64,000 bases of DNA from Endomicrobiales bacterium (GCA_963796955.1 CAWCNJ010000004.1:365624-429623); one strand, 5' to 3'; positions 1 to 11,062 are shown, counted from the first letter of the stretch. Made by a program: numbers and translations. The notes: a model not told the origin generated them from the sequence alone.

Positions 1-164
1 TTACGCGCGTTCCAAACCCCGCCATAGGCGATGAAGTCGTTCTGGTCGGCACGCAGGGCAAGGAACGCATACGCGTAGAAGACCTTGCCGCAATCGCCGG
101 TACCATAAGCTATGAAATAACGTGCGGTATAAGCCACCGCGTGCCAAGGATCGAGACAAAATGA
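1..164 (+). CDS. alr: Alanine racemase, C-terminal part (truncated by window start)
   Basis: Frame 3, translated by hand (not in the ORF track): ...PAIGDEVVLVGTQGKERIRVEDLAAIAGTISYEITCGISHRVPRIETK*. The GTISYEI.C....RVPR motif is the Alr C-terminus. TGA 162-164 overlaps the next ATG. Confidence 0.9.
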   Translation, partial: TRVPNPAIGDEVVLVGTQGKERIRVEDLAAIAGTISYEITCGISHRVPRIETK

Positions 165-955
165 TCCTGAGTTCCTTAGAGTTCATAGGAAAAAAATCGT
201 CCGATATTGCGACCAGCGTGGGAAAGTTCACGACGCTGGTGACAGAAACTTTCTACTGGGTTTTGCGCGGCAGGATAAATGTAAGGAACACGGTCATCCA
301 GATGGTGAAGGTGGGCTGGGATTCCATGCCGGTGATCTGCCTGACCTCTTTTTTTACGGGCATGGTGCTGGCACTGCAGGCCGGTTCCTCTACCAGAAAT
401 GTTTTCAACGAGCCGGTGTATGTCGGTACGCTGGTAGGTTTTTCTCTGGTCAAGGAACTGGGTCCGGTTATGACGGCAATAGTACTTTCCGGCAGAATGG
501 GCGCTGCTATCGCCGCCGAGCTTGGCACTATGAAGGTAACCGAGCAATTGGACGCTTTAAGGACCCTCGGCACGAACCCGGTTAAATATCTTGCGGTGCC
601 CAGATTTCTGGCTTTTATCACGATGATGCCGTTACTTGGCGTGCTCTCAAATGTGGTCGGCATCGCGGGCGGTATGCTGGTGGCTTCTTCAGTCTTGAAC
701 GTGCCCACAACGGTCTTCTGGGAAGATATTATAACGTTCATGGACACCGGTGACTTTTTTCACGGCTTTATTAAAACGGTCGTCTATGCCGCGATAATCG
801 TTTTTATTTCCTGCTACAAGGGGTTTGAGTGCGAGGGCGGTGCCGAGGGTGTCGGGAAGGCTACAACCGATGCCGTGATGGTTTCTATGATACTGATACT
901 GGTATCGGATTACTTCCTGACGGCAACGCTACGGGGCATTGGTATCGGCGGATGA
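161..955 (+). CDS. mlaE: MlaE-family ABC permease
   Basis: ELGPVMTAIVLSGRMGAAIAAELGTMKVTEQLDAL motif; ATGA overlap with alr gives start 161. Confidence 0.93.
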   Translation: MILSSLEFIGKKSSDIATSVGKFTTLVTETFYWVLRGRINVRNTVIQMVKVGWDSMPVICLTSFFTGMVLALQAGSSTRNVFNEPVYVGTLVGFSLVKELGPVMTAIVLSGRMGAAIAAELGTMKVTEQLDALRTLGTNPVKYLAVPRFLAFITMMPLLGVLSNVVGIAGGMLVASSVLNVPTTVFWEDIITFMDTGDFFHGFIKTVVYAAIIVFISCYKGFECEGGAEGVGKATTDAVMVSMILILVSDYFLTATLRGIGIGG

Positions 956-1716
956 TAAGTATCGTAGATCTCCATAAGAGTTTCGGTGATAACCATGTGC
1001 TGAGAGGCACCAACCTGGAGATCCAGGACGGCGAAACGGTCGCTATTATCGGTGGTTCCGGTACCGGCAAAAGCATATTGCTGAAAAACATCATCGGCCT
1101 GGTGAAACCCGATTCCGGGCAGGTTTGCATAGACGGCAATGAAGTGACGTGTATGGACGACCGTGAATTATTATCCGTACAGAAGAACATCGGCTATTTG
1201 TTCCAGGACGCAGCGTTGTTCGATTCCCTTACTATCGAAGAGAATGTCGCCTTTGGCCTGCGTACCGTTGATAAAATGAAAGATGAGAGAAAGATACGCG
1301 ACCGGGTGAATGACTGTCTGGCGATGGTGGGTTTGAAAGGCGTCAATAAGCAGCTGCCGGGCGAACTTTCAGGCGGCATGCGGAAACGCGCCGGCCTTGC
1401 CCGCGCGATAGCCTACAAGCCTAAATATCTTTTGTACGATGAGCCGACGACCGGCCTTGATCCCATTATGTCGGACGTGATCAACGACTTGATCTTGCGG
1501 ATGCAAAAGCAGATAAATGTTACATCGATAGTCGTATCCCATGATATGAAGTCCGCCTACAAAATATCGAACCGCATAGCAATGTTGTACAAAGGCACCA
1601 TTATCGAGATCGGTACACCCGATGAGATAAAGCATTCGAAAAATCCGGTCGTCCATCAATTTGTGGAAGGGTTAAGCGAAGGACCCATTACCTTAGATCT
1701 TGAAAAGAGCAATTAG
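952..1716 (+). CDS. mlaF: MlaF-family ABC ATPase
   Basis: Walker A GGSGTGKS, LSGGMRKR signature, YDEPTTGLDP; ATGA overlap at 952. Confidence 0.93.
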   Translation: MISIVDLHKSFGDNHVLRGTNLEIQDGETVAIIGGSGTGKSILLKNIIGLVKPDSGQVCIDGNEVTCMDDRELLSVQKNIGYLFQDAALFDSLTIEENVAFGLRTVDKMKDERKIRDRVNDCLAMVGLKGVNKQLPGELSGGMRKRAGLARAIAYKPKYLLYDEPTTGLDPIMSDVINDLILRMQKQINVTSIVVSHDMKSAYKISNRIAMLYKGTIIEIGTPDEIKHSKNPVVHQFVEGLSEGPITLDLEKSN

Positions 1717-1728
1717 GAGACCGTATCT

Positions 1729-3054
1729 ATGAACCGTGAAACGAAACTGGGGATGTTCGTGCTGATGGGACTGGCGCTGCTGGTTGCCAGTATCATGCTG
1801 CTGGGCGACTTTCATATACGGCGTTCATACGAGATCTCCGTGAGCTTTAATGACGTTTCAGGGTTGCCGGATAAAGCAAAAGTGAAAATAGCCGGTGTGG
1901 TCGTCGGATCGGTCAGAAAGATAGTTTTGCAGGGTGATAAAGCGATCGCATACGTGAGGATAAACGCCGGGGTGCGCGTTCACAGGGACACAAAACCCTG
2001 CATTGTTTCAACCGGTATTATCGGCTCAAAATATTTGCAGTTGACGGCCGGAACCGACCAGGCACCTTTGCTTGAAGAAGGTGACGCTATATCCGGCGAA
2101 GAATGCGTTTCTCTTGAGCAGATGGCCTCAAATCTGGTTAAAAAAGTTGATGAGTTATTTTCTTCTTTCAAAGGTAAAGAGGGGCAGGGCAGCCTGGGCG
2201 AGAATCTTGGCGACACGGTTGCCAACCTTAAGGCTGTTTCGAGAACGCTTAAAGTTGCCATCGGCGACCAGGAAGAAAAGATCCGCAGGATAGTGAACAA
2301 TATCGACGACTTCACCGCTGATGTCGCGGAGATGACCGCAGAGAATAAGCAGGATATCCGTGATGCCGTCGCCAACATTAAAGAGCTGAGCGCCAAGATG
2401 GACCGCGTGATGACGAAGGTGGATAAAGGGGAGGGCACGATCGGCAAGCTGCTATCCGACGAAAAAATGGGTAACGACCTGAAAGACACCTTTGCTGACG
2501 TGAAAGAGACCGCGAAAGAGGCCAAACGCGTGCTGAAACGCATCAATTATATAGAGACCAGCTGGGACTATACCCAGCGCTATGACAGCACATACAGCAC
2601 TTTTCGTTCTGACGCAGGGCTTCTTATCAATCCCCGTCCTGACAAATTTTATTATGTAGGCGCCTCGAATGTTGGTGACAGTACGAATTCGACGGACATA
2701 GAAAAGATGAATACGATCAACTTTTTAATAGGAAAAAATCTGGGACCGGTAACGGCCTACGCCGGGGTGATCCGTTCCAAAGGCGGCCTTGGCGTGGTGA
2801 TCCGCCCACTATGGCATTGGGAGCCGTGGCGCAAACTTGAAATTACAGGTCAGTCGTATGATTTCTCAAGGACCACCCCGAACAAGCCTGTCGTTACCGC
2901 TGGCGCGCGGGTGCAGTTGACCAGGTGGGTCGCTATCGGTTCACAGGTAGAAGATATGAGCAACCGGGCGAATGTGAACAGCTATATAAACTTTACCGTC
3001 CGCGACGACGACCTTGGGTATGTTCTCGGCCTAGTAGGCCTTGCCAGGCCGTAG
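1729..3054 (+). CDS. mlaD: Long MlaD/MCE protein with helical stalk and beta-rich C-terminal domain
   Basis: N-terminal TM helix, MCE motif (FNDVSGL...VKIAGVVVGSV), KGEGTIGKLL, amphipathic beta-strands at the C-terminus; SD AGGAG. Confidence 0.88.
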   Translation: MNRETKLGMFVLMGLALLVASIMLLGDFHIRRSYEISVSFNDVSGLPDKAKVKIAGVVVGSVRKIVLQGDKAIAYVRINAGVRVHRDTKPCIVSTGIIGSKYLQLTAGTDQAPLLEEGDAISGEECVSLEQMASNLVKKVDELFSSFKGKEGQGSLGENLGDTVANLKAVSRTLKVAIGDQEEKIRRIVNNIDDFTADVAEMTAENKQDIRDAVANIKELSAKMDRVMTKVDKGEGTIGKLLSDEKMGNDLKDTFADVKETAKEAKRVLKRINYIETSWDYTQRYDSTYSTFRSDAGLLINPRPDKFYYVGASNVGDSTNSTDIEKMNTINFLIGKNLGPVTAYAGVIRSKGGLGVVIRPLWHWEPWRKLEITGQSYDFSRTTPNKPVVTAGARVQLTRWVAIGSQVEDMSNRANVNSYINFTVRDDDLGYVLGLVGLARP

Positions 3055-3068
3055 CGTCCCAGGAAATC

Positions 3069-4432
3069 ATGAAACAAAAAAATAAAACGATATTCAGGTG
3101 TCAGGAATGCGGCTATGAGTCATCAAAATGGCTCGGCAAGTGCACTGATTGCGGTAAATGGAATACTTTTATAGAAGAAAAGCAGGAGACCGTCGCAGGC
3201 ATACGCCATAGTTCTCACCTTACTGATTTCACTTCTGAAGTGACGCTGCTAAACGATGTCTCCACAGCCCAGTGCGACCGCTGGCAGACGGATATCGGTG
3301 AGTTTGACCGCATAGTCGGCGGGGGTCTGGTACCGGGCTCCCTGGTGCTGCTGGGCGGTCCTCCGGGTATCGGTAAATCCACGCTCATGCTGCATATCAG
3401 CGCGGCCCTGGCGCCGCAGCACAGCGTGCTCTATGTTTCCGGCGAGGAATCCCTTGCGCAGGTAAAGGCGCGCGCCGACCGGCTGAACATTAAAAGCGAT
3501 AATCTGTACCTGCTTTCTGAAACAAATCTTGAAAGCATTCTTACCGCGATAGATAAGATAAAACCTTCCGTCCTGGTGATAGATTCCATCCAAACGACGT
3601 ATCGCGGCGATATGGTGGGCGCCCCGGCGCCGTCGGGCAGGTGCGCGAGTGCTCTGCCGAATTCTTACGCATCGCGAAATCCCGGCATATCTGCATTTTC
3701 CTTCTCGGCCATGTCACTAAAGAAGGTGACCTTGCCGGGCCCCGCATTCTTGAACATATCGTTGATACCGTGCTGTATTTTGAGGCCGAGCGGCAGCAGA
3801 TCTACCGGGTGTTGCGTGTGTACAAGAACCGCTTCGGCGCGACGAACGAGATAGGGGTTTTTGAAATGCGGGAACAGGGTCTGATAGAAGTCCCTAACCC
3901 TTCGCTCATATTCCTCGGCGAGCGTTCCATGAACGCGCCCGGCAGCGTGGTAGTGCCGACCGTTGAAGGCACACGGCCGCTATTGCTTGAGATACAGTCT
4001 CTGGTCAGCCGCACCAGCTTTGGCCTGCCGCGGCGCATGGTGACGGGGTATGATGCCAACCGTGTGATGCTGCTGATCGCCGTCCTTGAAAAACGTGTCG
4101 GCCTGCATTTGGAGACACAGGATGTTTTTGTCAATGTCGTCAGCGGTATTAAAATAAAAGAGACAGCCGTTGATCTGGGCATAGCCTGCGCGATAGCTTC
4201 GGCGAACGGCAATTACGTCTGCCCGCCGAAAACACTTATTATCGGAGAAGTGGGTCTGGCGGGTGAAGTGCGTTCGGTAAGCCGCATAGAGGAACGCCTG
4301 ACTGAAGGGGAAAAACTGGGTTTTGAAAAAGCGATCGTGCCGAACAGCAATGTAAAGTCATATAATTACAAAGGCAGTATGCAGGTGGCGGGTGTTGACA
4401 CCGTAAGCGCCGCCATTGAACATCTGCGATAG
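3069..4432 (+). CDS. radA: DNA repair protein RadA/Sms (1-nt frameshift at ~3626)
   Basis: C4 zinc finger, GPPGIGKS, KNRFG. Adding one G to GG at 3626-3627 restores APGAVGQVREC and joins ORFs 2925..3854 and 3641..4432. Confidence 0.93.
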
Positions 4433-4441
4433 GGGTTATCT

Positions 4442-5602
4442 ATGATCCGTTTTGTCACAGCCGGTGAATCTCACGGAAAACAATTGACCGTCATCATTGA
4501 GGGGATCCCCGCCGGACTTTCGTTTACCGCCGCAGATATCGATACAGACCTTGCCCGTCGCCAGAAGGGTTTCGGCAGGGGCGCGCGCATGAAGATAGAG
4601 AATGACACCGTGGAATTTGTCGCCGGGGTTCGCGATCAGGAAACCACGGGCGCGCCGGTTTGTATGATCGTGAAGAACCTTGATTGGGCAAATTGGGAAA
4701 AACTTATGTCACCGGCGTCCGCCGCTATAGCGCCCGGGGACATTCAGACAAAACCGCGCCCCGGTCATGCCGATCTGCCGGGTGTATTGAAATACGACCG
4801 CGAGGATATCCGTGATATTCTGGAACGTTCTTCCGCGAGGGAAACCGCCATGCGTGTGGCGGCAGGCGCGTTGTGTAAAAAATTCCTTGCCTCGTTCGGT
4901 GTTGTCATCGGCTCCTTTGTTACGGAAATAGGCGGCATTAAGGCGGAACATTCAACCGTGTCCCTTGAGGATGCCATCAATACGGCAGAGAATTCCGAGG
5001 TGCGCGCGCCGGTTGCGGCGGCGGGCGAAAAAATGAAGGCAGCCATTACCAAAGCCGCTCAGGAGGGTGACACTCTTGGCGGCGTTTTCACGGTGGCGGC
5101 TCGCGGGGTAGTGCCGGGTCTGGGAAGCCACGTCCAGTGGGATAAAAAGCTTGACGCCCTGATCGCTTATGCTATGATGTCTATACAGGCGGTAAAGGGT
5201 GTTGAAATAGGCGCCGGGTTCGGCTCCGCTGCCCTGCCCGGATCAAAAGTGCATGATGAGATATATTTTCATGAAAAAATAGGTTTCCACAGAAAGACGA
5301 ACAACGCCGGCGGGATAGAAGGCGGAATTTCAAATGGCGCAACTGTAGTTGTGTCTTGCGCCATGAAGCCGATACCGTCACTTAAAAAACCTTTGAGCTC
5401 CGTTGACATTCACACAAAAGCGGTGGTAAAAGCTGAGGCCGTTAGATCTGATGTTTGCGCTGTCCCGGCAGCCGCCGTGGTTGGAGAGGCCGCACTCGCG
5501 ATCGCCCTGGCCGCTGCTTACCGCGAGAAATTCGGCGGCGATTCCATGAAAGAAATACTGCGTAATTATCAAAATTATCGTCAGCAGATAGCGGCATATT
5601 AA
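4442..5602 (+). CDS. aroC: Chorismate synthase
   Basis: TAGESHG, RPGHAD, RSSARETA, NNAGGIEGG. Confidence 0.97.
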   Translation: MIRFVTAGESHGKQLTVIIEGIPAGLSFTAADIDTDLARRQKGFGRGARMKIENDTVEFVAGVRDQETTGAPVCMIVKNLDWANWEKLMSPASAAIAPGDIQTKPRPGHADLPGVLKYDREDIRDILERSSARETAMRVAAGALCKKFLASFGVVIGSFVTEIGGIKAEHSTVSLEDAINTAENSEVRAPVAAAGEKMKAAITKAAQEGDTLGGVFTVAARGVVPGLGSHVQWDKKLDALIAYAMMSIQAVKGVEIGAGFGSAALPGSKVHDEIYFHEKIGFHRKTNNAGGIEGGISNGATVVVSCAMKPIPSLKKPLSSVDIHTKAVVKAEAVRSDVCAVPAAAVVGEAALAIALAAAYREKFGGDSMKEILRNYQNYRQQIAAY

Positions 5603-5612
5603 CGGAGGGGCT

Positions 5613-6857
5613 TTGGGAGCGATCACTTCGACTCTGGGTAAACGGTTCTCATTGAACGAAAAAACAATACTGATAGTGTTGCGCTCGCTGGTGTTATGCG
5701 TTTCGCTTTTCCTGGTGTTCTACAACGCGGATGACAATACCCGCCTGATGCCGGTGTGCGTCACGATAACGCTGATGTTCCTCTCTATTGCGGGGCTGAT
5801 CTTCGTACGGCGTTCATACTTTTCCGCGCGCTGGTTCCGCAATACCATATTCGTGCTGGATGTGGTCCTGATTTCAGCGATCATTTATTTCGCCGGCGGC
5901 ATGGGTACCGACCTGTACCTGGCGTACTTCCTGATCATCTTTATGGCGAGCTCCGGCCAGAACGTAACCAATGCATTCTTCCTGACCATCGTTGTTGCCT
6001 CGGTTTACGCCATGCTTCTTTTTGCCAGGGGCATGACGTTCTCACTGGCGAATCCCGGTATTTTGCTGCGCATCCCGTTCTTTTTCATAGTCTCTTTTAT
6101 TTTCACGCATTACGCCCAGGAAGACCGCAAGCTGCTGCAGGTACAGTCGGCGAGGATGGAAAAACTGTCCGTGCTCGGCGAACTAATGGCGGGTGTTCTG
6201 CATGAGCTGAAGAACCACCTTACGATAATTATCGGGTACGCGCACCTGCTTGATGAGATAAAGGAACCCGAGAAACAAAAACTCGTCTGGGACAAGATAG
6301 TTAAGGCGAGCGGCGAAGCTAACCATGTCATGAAAAATATCCTGGCTTTCGTTTCTTCGAATTCCGAAACCGAACAGGCTAATATCGACGTAAATCAGAT
6401 GGTCAACACGACCCTTGAGATGCTTAACGAGAACCTGAAGATGGATCAGGTAAAACTGGTCAAGGTACTGGATTCAAATTTGCCGCCGGTCCTGGGCACC
6501 GCCTCTCAGCTGCAGCAGGTGATCATGAATCTGGTCACCAATGCCCGTTACGAGCTGGTAAAGTCCCGCGACACATCAAATCGAAATATCATGGTCACGA
6601 CGATACAAAAAGGCCGCGATATCTGCATACGGATACAGGACAATGGTGGCGGAATAAAGACGGAGAACCTGGAAAAGATCTTCGACCCGTTCTTCACCAC
6701 CAAACCCGAGGGCGAAGGTACCGGTCTCGGCCTTAGTATTTGTTACCGCATTATAAACCACCACGGCGGGGAAATAACACTGGACAGCAAAGTAGGCGAA
6801 GGGACGAGCTTTACCATCAGCCTGCCCGCAGCCTCAAGGCCGGAAAATATACTATGA
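5613..6857 (+). CDS. Multi-TM sensor histidine kinase
   Basis: About 6 hydrophobic helices, HELKNHL H-box, N-box, [22 protein letters not shown] start after GGAGG. Confidence 0.9.
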   Translation: MGAITSTLGKRFSLNEKTILIVLRSLVLCVSLFLVFYNADDNTRLMPVCVTITLMFLSIAGLIFVRRSYFSARWFRNTIFVLDVVLISAIIYFAGGMGTDLYLAYFLIIFMASSGQNVTNAFFLTIVVASVYAMLLFARGMTFSLANPGILLRIPFFFIVSFIFTHYAQEDRKLLQVQSARMEKLSVLGELMAGVLHELKNHLTIIIGYAHLLDEIKEPEKQKLVWDKIVKASGEANHVMKNILAFVSSNSETEQANIDVNQMVNTTLEMLNENLKMDQVKLVKVLDSNLPPVLGTASQLQQVIMNLVTNARYELVKSRDTSNRNIMVTTIQKGRDICIRIQDNGGGIKTENLEKIFDPFFTTKPEGEGTGLGLSICYRIINHHGGEITLDSKVGEGTSFTISLPAASRPENIL

Positions 6858-7354
6858 ATCTGGCATTAACCGGTTTTATGGGCACGGGGAAAACCGCGGT
6901 CGGCAGGCTGCTCGCCGGACGTCTTGCCTGGCAGTTCATTGATATTGACGCGGAAATAGAAAAACTGGTGGGTATAAAAATATCCGATATCTTCGCAAAA
7001 AAAGGCGAGCCCTATTTTCGCAATGCCGAAACGAACGCCATTAAACTGGTCAGCCTTTTGAACCATGCCGTTATCGCCACCGGCGGCGGCGCCGTTCTTC
7101 GACCGGAGAACATGACCGCCTTAGAAACAACAGGCCAGATAGTCTGCCTGCGCGCCTCCGTAGAAACGATCTGTGAAAGAGTAAAGAACGACACCAATCG
7201 CCCCCTGCTGCAAGTCCCCGACCCGAAAAAGAAGATCGAAGAAATGCTATCCTCCCGCGCCCGCGCCTACTCCCACTGCACCTTCGCCGTAGACACCGAC
7301 GGCAAAACAGTAGAAAAGATCGTTGATGAGATAATAGAAAAAGCCGGGGTGTAG
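6854..7354 (+). CDS. aroK: Shikimate kinase
   Basis: GFMGTGKT, GEPYFR, ATGGG, RPLL; ATG 6854 overlaps the kinase stop. Confidence 0.95.
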   Translation: MNLALTGFMGTGKTAVGRLLAGRLAWQFIDIDAEIEKLVGIKISDIFAKKGEPYFRNAETNAIKLVSLLNHAVIATGGGAVLRPENMTALETTGQIVCLRASVETICERVKNDTNRPLLQVPDPKKKIEEMLSSRARAYSHCTFAVDTDGKTVEKIVDEIIEKAGV

Positions 7355-7355
7355 G

Positions 7356-7829
7356 TTATTTCTTTTCGAGGGTTTCAAAAATTTCTGGGAGGTTTACGTC
7401 GGTGTTGGCGCAGCCGTCTTTGGTGAGAGGAACGAATTGGACGGTCAACTTATGTTTTTCGCACAGTTCCATGCCCTGGGCGCCTTCGAACGAGCAGGCG
7501 ACGCCGATTATCGCGCCGGGTTTTTGCTCAGCGATCAGTTTTTCTATTGTTCTGCCGCCTTTCAGGATGTACAAGCCGTTATAGCCGAGCTGTTTGCATT
7601 TTTTGCTGATATCGGCGATCTTGCATTTGCCGCATTCTATGCAAATATAGTAGCTGCCGTGGTCTTTGGCCTTGCAAACTTCATGGTTGCGCAGGCAGTG
7701 GGGGACCAGGGCAATGCGCTTGTCCATGGGAACGGCGCGGTATTTCGCGTCCATCGCCTTGTTCCGCCTGGTCGTTGCGGCAGCGTAGGCAGCCTGCCTG
7801 GTCTTCTTCAGCACCTTGCATAATTTCAT
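7356..7829 (-). CDS. DUF116-family Cys-rich protein
   Basis: PHCLR...C..CGKC, GG, GVAC, GC.NT.V pattern typical of DUF116. Confidence 0.75.
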   Translation of the reverse strand: MKLCKVLKKTRQAAYAAATTRRNKAMDAKYRAVPMDKRIALVPHCLRNHEVCKAKDHGSYYICIECGKCKIADISKKCKQLGYNGLYILKGGRTIEKLIAEQKPGAIIGVACSFEGAQGMELCEKHKLTVQFVPLTKDGCANTDVNLPEIFETLEKK

Positions 7830-7835
7830 GAATTC

Positions 7836-7902
7836 ATTGTACTAAAATCCGATCAAAAATCAAAACTTTTCGTCCCAAAACCCTTGATAAATATGCTATA
7901 AT
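7836..7902. promoter_or_regulatory. Divergent sigma70-type -10 elements for the DUF116 gene (-) and the aroB operon (+)
   Basis: Minus-strand TACAAT at 7836-7841; plus-strand extended -10 TGcTATAAT at 7894-7902, followed by a small cUUCGg hairpin (7902-7914). Confidence 0.6.
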
Positions 7903-7937
7903 ACCCTTCGGGTAATATTGTGCAGAGGATCATTTTT

Positions 7938-9011
7938 TTGAAAAAAATAATTGTTAAACTGAAAGAACGCTCATATGCCATTACCATCGGCGGTGCTTTG
8001 GCCGGTGTTGGCAGGGCAATGTCTTCCGCAGGGCTGCGCGGGAAGGTGTTGCTGGTCACCAATACTACCGTGCAGAGGCTGTATGCCAAAGAGGTTCAGG
8101 ATAGTTTAAAACGGGCCGGTTTTACGGTCGCTGCTATCGCGCTTCGCGACGGAGAGGAATATAAGGATCTCACGTCGGTATCAAATATCTACACCGCGGC
8201 CCTGAAAGCCGGATTGGACAGAAAGTCCACGATAGTCGCCCTTGGCGGCGGGGTTGTGGGTGACATCGCGGGTTTTGCCGCGGCCACGTATCTGCGTGGT
8301 ATTTCGCTGGTACAAATACCCACGACGCTGCTTGCCATGGTAGATTCATCTGTCGGCGGCAAGACCGGGGTTGACCTTAAAGAAGGGAAGAACCTTGCCG
8401 GCGCTTTCTATCAGCCCAAACTTGTCTGGATAGATCCCGCCGTACTTAAGACCTTGCCCCCCCGGCAGCTGCAAAACGGCATGGCCGAGGTCATAAAATA
8501 CGGCGTTATCGCGGACCTCCAATTGTTTTCTTTCCTCGAAAAGAAGTTAACTCCGGTCTCCGGTCTTCGGTCTCCGGACCTGGTTGGCGTAATTGCCCGT
8601 TGCTGCGGTATAAAGGCAAAGGTCGTGGAAAAAGACGAATTTGAAACAAAGGGTTTGCGTGAAATACTGAACTTTGGGCATACGTACGGCCATGCGGTGG
8701 AAGCCGCTTCCGGCTACAAGGTTTTGCATGGCGAGGCGGTGGCCATTGGTATGATGGCGGCCGGCAAGATAGCTGTGAAGCTTGGGTGCCTGAAGCTGAA
8801 AGATCTGGCAAGGCTTGGTGATCTTATTCAAAACACCGGTTTGCCGGTTCTGTCAAAGGTGAAATACCCTTTTTCCACGATCGAAAAAATAATGCTGAAA
8901 GATAAAAAGACGCGTGACGGGAAATTTCGTTTTGTGCTGCCAAATAAAATAGGGCATGCCGCCGGTGGAATAATGGTGCCGGCCAATGTCCTGCGCGAGG
9001 TGCTGGAATGA
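7938..9011 (+). CDS. aroB: 3-dehydroquinate synthase
   Basis: [43 protein letters not shown] start 7938 is probable. Confidence 0.96.
   Translation: MKKIIVKLKERSYAITIGGALAGVGRAMSSAGLRGKVLLVTNTTVQRLYAKEVQDSLKRAGFTVAAIALRDGEEYKDLTSVSNIYTAALKAGLDRKSTIVALGGGVVGDIAGFAAATYLRGISLVQIPTTLLAMVDSSVGGKTGVDLKEGKNLAGAFYQPKLVWIDPAVLKTLPPRQLQNGMAEVIKYGVIADLQLFSFLEKKLTPVSGLRSPDLVGVIARCCGIKAKVVEKDEFETKGLREILNFGHTYGHAVEAASGYKVLHGEAVAIGMMAAGKIAVKLGCLKLKDLARLGDLIQNTGLPVLSKVKYPFSTIEKIMLKDKKTRDGKFRFVLPNKIGHAAGGIMVPANVLREVLE
8551..8578 (+). repeat. 4x heptamer CTYCGGW tandem repeat inside aroB
   Basis: ctccggt ctccggt cttcggt ctccgga; same unit as at 53049-53136. Confidence 0.85.
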
Positions 9012-9445
9012 AAAAAAAGATACTGGTCATCCATGGGCCAAATTTGATGATGTTGGGCGAGCGCGAACCGGAGATATACGGAACCATAACGCTGGACAAG
9101 ATAAACGACGAGATATGCGCCCTTGCGATAGAACTGAATATTGACGTCGAAATATACCAATCCAATATTGAGGGAGAGATCGTAACCAAGATCGGCGATG
9201 CCCGTAAACTTTTCGACGGCCTTATAATCAACCCTGCCGCCTATACCCATACCTCGGTCGCCATCCGCGACGCGATAGCGGCTTCAAAGCTTCCCGCGAT
9301 AGAGGTGCACATCTCTAACGTTTACGCGCGCGAAGAGTTCAGACAAACATCCATCACCGCGCCGGTATGCAAGGGCCAGATAGCGGGCCTCGGCATAGAC
9401 AGCTACCTTCTTGGGCTGCGCGGTCTTTCTAAACTGCTTGCCTGA
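9008..9445 (+). CDS. aroQ: Type II 3-dehydroquinate dehydratase
   Basis: [30 protein letters not shown]. Confidence 0.97.
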   Translation: MKKKILVIHGPNLMMLGEREPEIYGTITLDKINDEICALAIELNIDVEIYQSNIEGEIVTKIGDARKLFDGLIINPAAYTHTSVAIRDAIAASKLPAIEVHISNVYAREEFRQTSITAPVCKGQIAGLGIDSYLLGLRGLSKLLA

Positions 9446-9449
9446 GATC

Positions 9450-10481
9450 ATGCCTTCCAGAATAACAAAATTATCCCAAAGCCTGAAAACCGGGGCCTTG
9501 CTGCTTACCGGCAAGACTGATATTTTCTATTTAACGGGAATAGAGCTGGAAGGTTTCTGGCTGGTGGTCACAAAAAGAGGTTGCACGGCGATCGCTTCTC
9601 CTATGCTCGCGGGCCAGCTGCGCGCCATGAAGCCCGGGTTGGAAGTCATAGAATCGGACAACATGGCAAAAACTCTTGGGGAATACTGTCGAAAACGCCG
9701 CATTCGTTCTATCTTTGTTGATATGGATGTTACCACAGTGTCATTAGCCGCACGGCTGAAGAAATTCATTGCTGTAACACCTATTCCTTCCCAACTGTCG
9801 TCTTTGAGGCTTATTAAGGATGTTCAGGAAGTAAACGCGATCAGAAAAGCCTGCCGGATAGCTGTCGACGCCTGCAATTATGCGCGCACGTGGTGCAAGC
9901 CGGGAGTAACTGAACACGAGGTATATTTTAAAATAGAGGAATATTTCGCGCGCAACGGGGTAAAAGCCTCATTTCCAACCATCGTGGCTTTCGGCCCGAA
10001 CTCGGCAAACCCGCATCATGTGCCGGGGGCAAGAAAACTGCGTATAAACGATACGGTTTTGATGGACTTGGGCTGCGTCTGGAAAGGCTATTGTTCCGAC
10101 TTGACACGCACCTTCTTTTTGGGTAGAATTACAGGGTTACAAACGCGTGTATTTTCATGTGTAAAACGCGCCCAGCATGCCGCTTTAAAGGCGGTCGTTG
10201 CTGGTGCTTTTGCATATACGGTAGACGCCGCCGCCCGGGACCTTATAGGCGCCGACGGCTATGGGCCGAACTTTATCCATACCACGGGGCATGGCGTCGG
10301 TATAGATATTCACGAAGCCCCGCGTATAAGCGCGAAGGACAAAACCGTACTGAAGGCCGGTATGGTAGTTACCGTTGAACCGGGTGTGTATCTTCCCGGA
10401 AAGTTTGGCGTAAGGATAGAAGATACCGTGCTCGTTACTGGTAAAGGTTTCGAGATTTTAACCAAGGAGTTTCATAAATGA
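9450..10481 (+). CDS. Xaa-Pro aminopeptidase (M24 family)
   Basis: D.G...[33 protein letters not shown]; usual aroQ-peptidase-efp context. Confidence 0.92.
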   Translation: MPSRITKLSQSLKTGALLLTGKTDIFYLTGIELEGFWLVVTKRGCTAIASPMLAGQLRAMKPGLEVIESDNMAKTLGEYCRKRRIRSIFVDMDVTTVSLAARLKKFIAVTPIPSQLSSLRLIKDVQEVNAIRKACRIAVDACNYARTWCKPGVTEHEVYFKIEEYFARNGVKASFPTIVAFGPNSANPHHVPGARKLRINDTVLMDLGCVWKGYCSDLTRTFFLGRITGLQTRVFSCVKRAQHAALKAVVAGAFAYTVDAAARDLIGADGYGPNFIHTTGHGVGIDIHEAPRISAKDKTVLKAGMVVTVEPGVYLPGKFGVRIEDTVLVTGKGFEILTKEFHK

Positions 10482-11041
10482 TTTCAACCGCAGATTTTAA
10501 GAATGGTTTAACGATCTTCGTAGATAAAGAACCCTATCAGATAATCTGGTTCCAGAACCACAAACCGGGCAAGGGCGGCGCCGTTATGCGCACCAAGATG
10601 AAGCACCTGCGCAAAGGCAGCATTATAGAGCGCACCTTTAAATCCGGCGAAAAGTTCGATTCTGTTGACGTTGAACGCCGCAAGAAGCAGTTCATGTACG
10701 GTGATGGAACGGATTTTCATTTTATGGATATGGCCAGCTTCGATCAGGTGGCGGTCTCAAAAGAAAAACTCGGCGACAGCGCCCTCTTCCTGATGGAAAA
10801 CATGGAAGTTCAGGCCATATATCTGGAAGGCGAACTGGTGGAGATAGAAATGCCCCTGAGCGTGGTGCTGACCGTTACCGAAACGGAGCCCGGCTTGAAA
10901 GGCGATACGGTTTCCAACGTAATGAAACCTGCCAAACTTGAGACCGGCGCTAATGTGAAGGTGCCAATATTCATCAAGCAGGGAGATAAGATAAAAGTAG
11001 ATACCCGTACCGGTGACTACGTTGAACGCGTAACAGAATAA
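10478..11041 (+). CDS. efp: Elongation factor P
   Basis: KPGKGGA loop, PGLKGDT, VDTRTGDY. Confidence 0.97.
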   Translation: MISTADFKNGLTIFVDKEPYQIIWFQNHKPGKGGAVMRTKMKHLRKGSIIERTFKSGEKFDSVDVERRKKQFMYGDGTDFHFMDMASFDQVAVSKEKLGDSALFLMENMEVQAIYLEGELVEIEMPLSVVLTVTETEPGLKGDTVSNVMKPAKLETGANVKVPIFIKQGDKIKVDTRTGDYVERVTE

Positions 11042-11062
11042 GGTTGCATTATAGAGTGCCCG

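Noticed and set aside
3620..3645. Programmed frameshifting in radA, ilvB or gltB
   Set aside because: No slippery heptamer or stimulatory structure seen; the directions differ and the pattern fits sequencing error.
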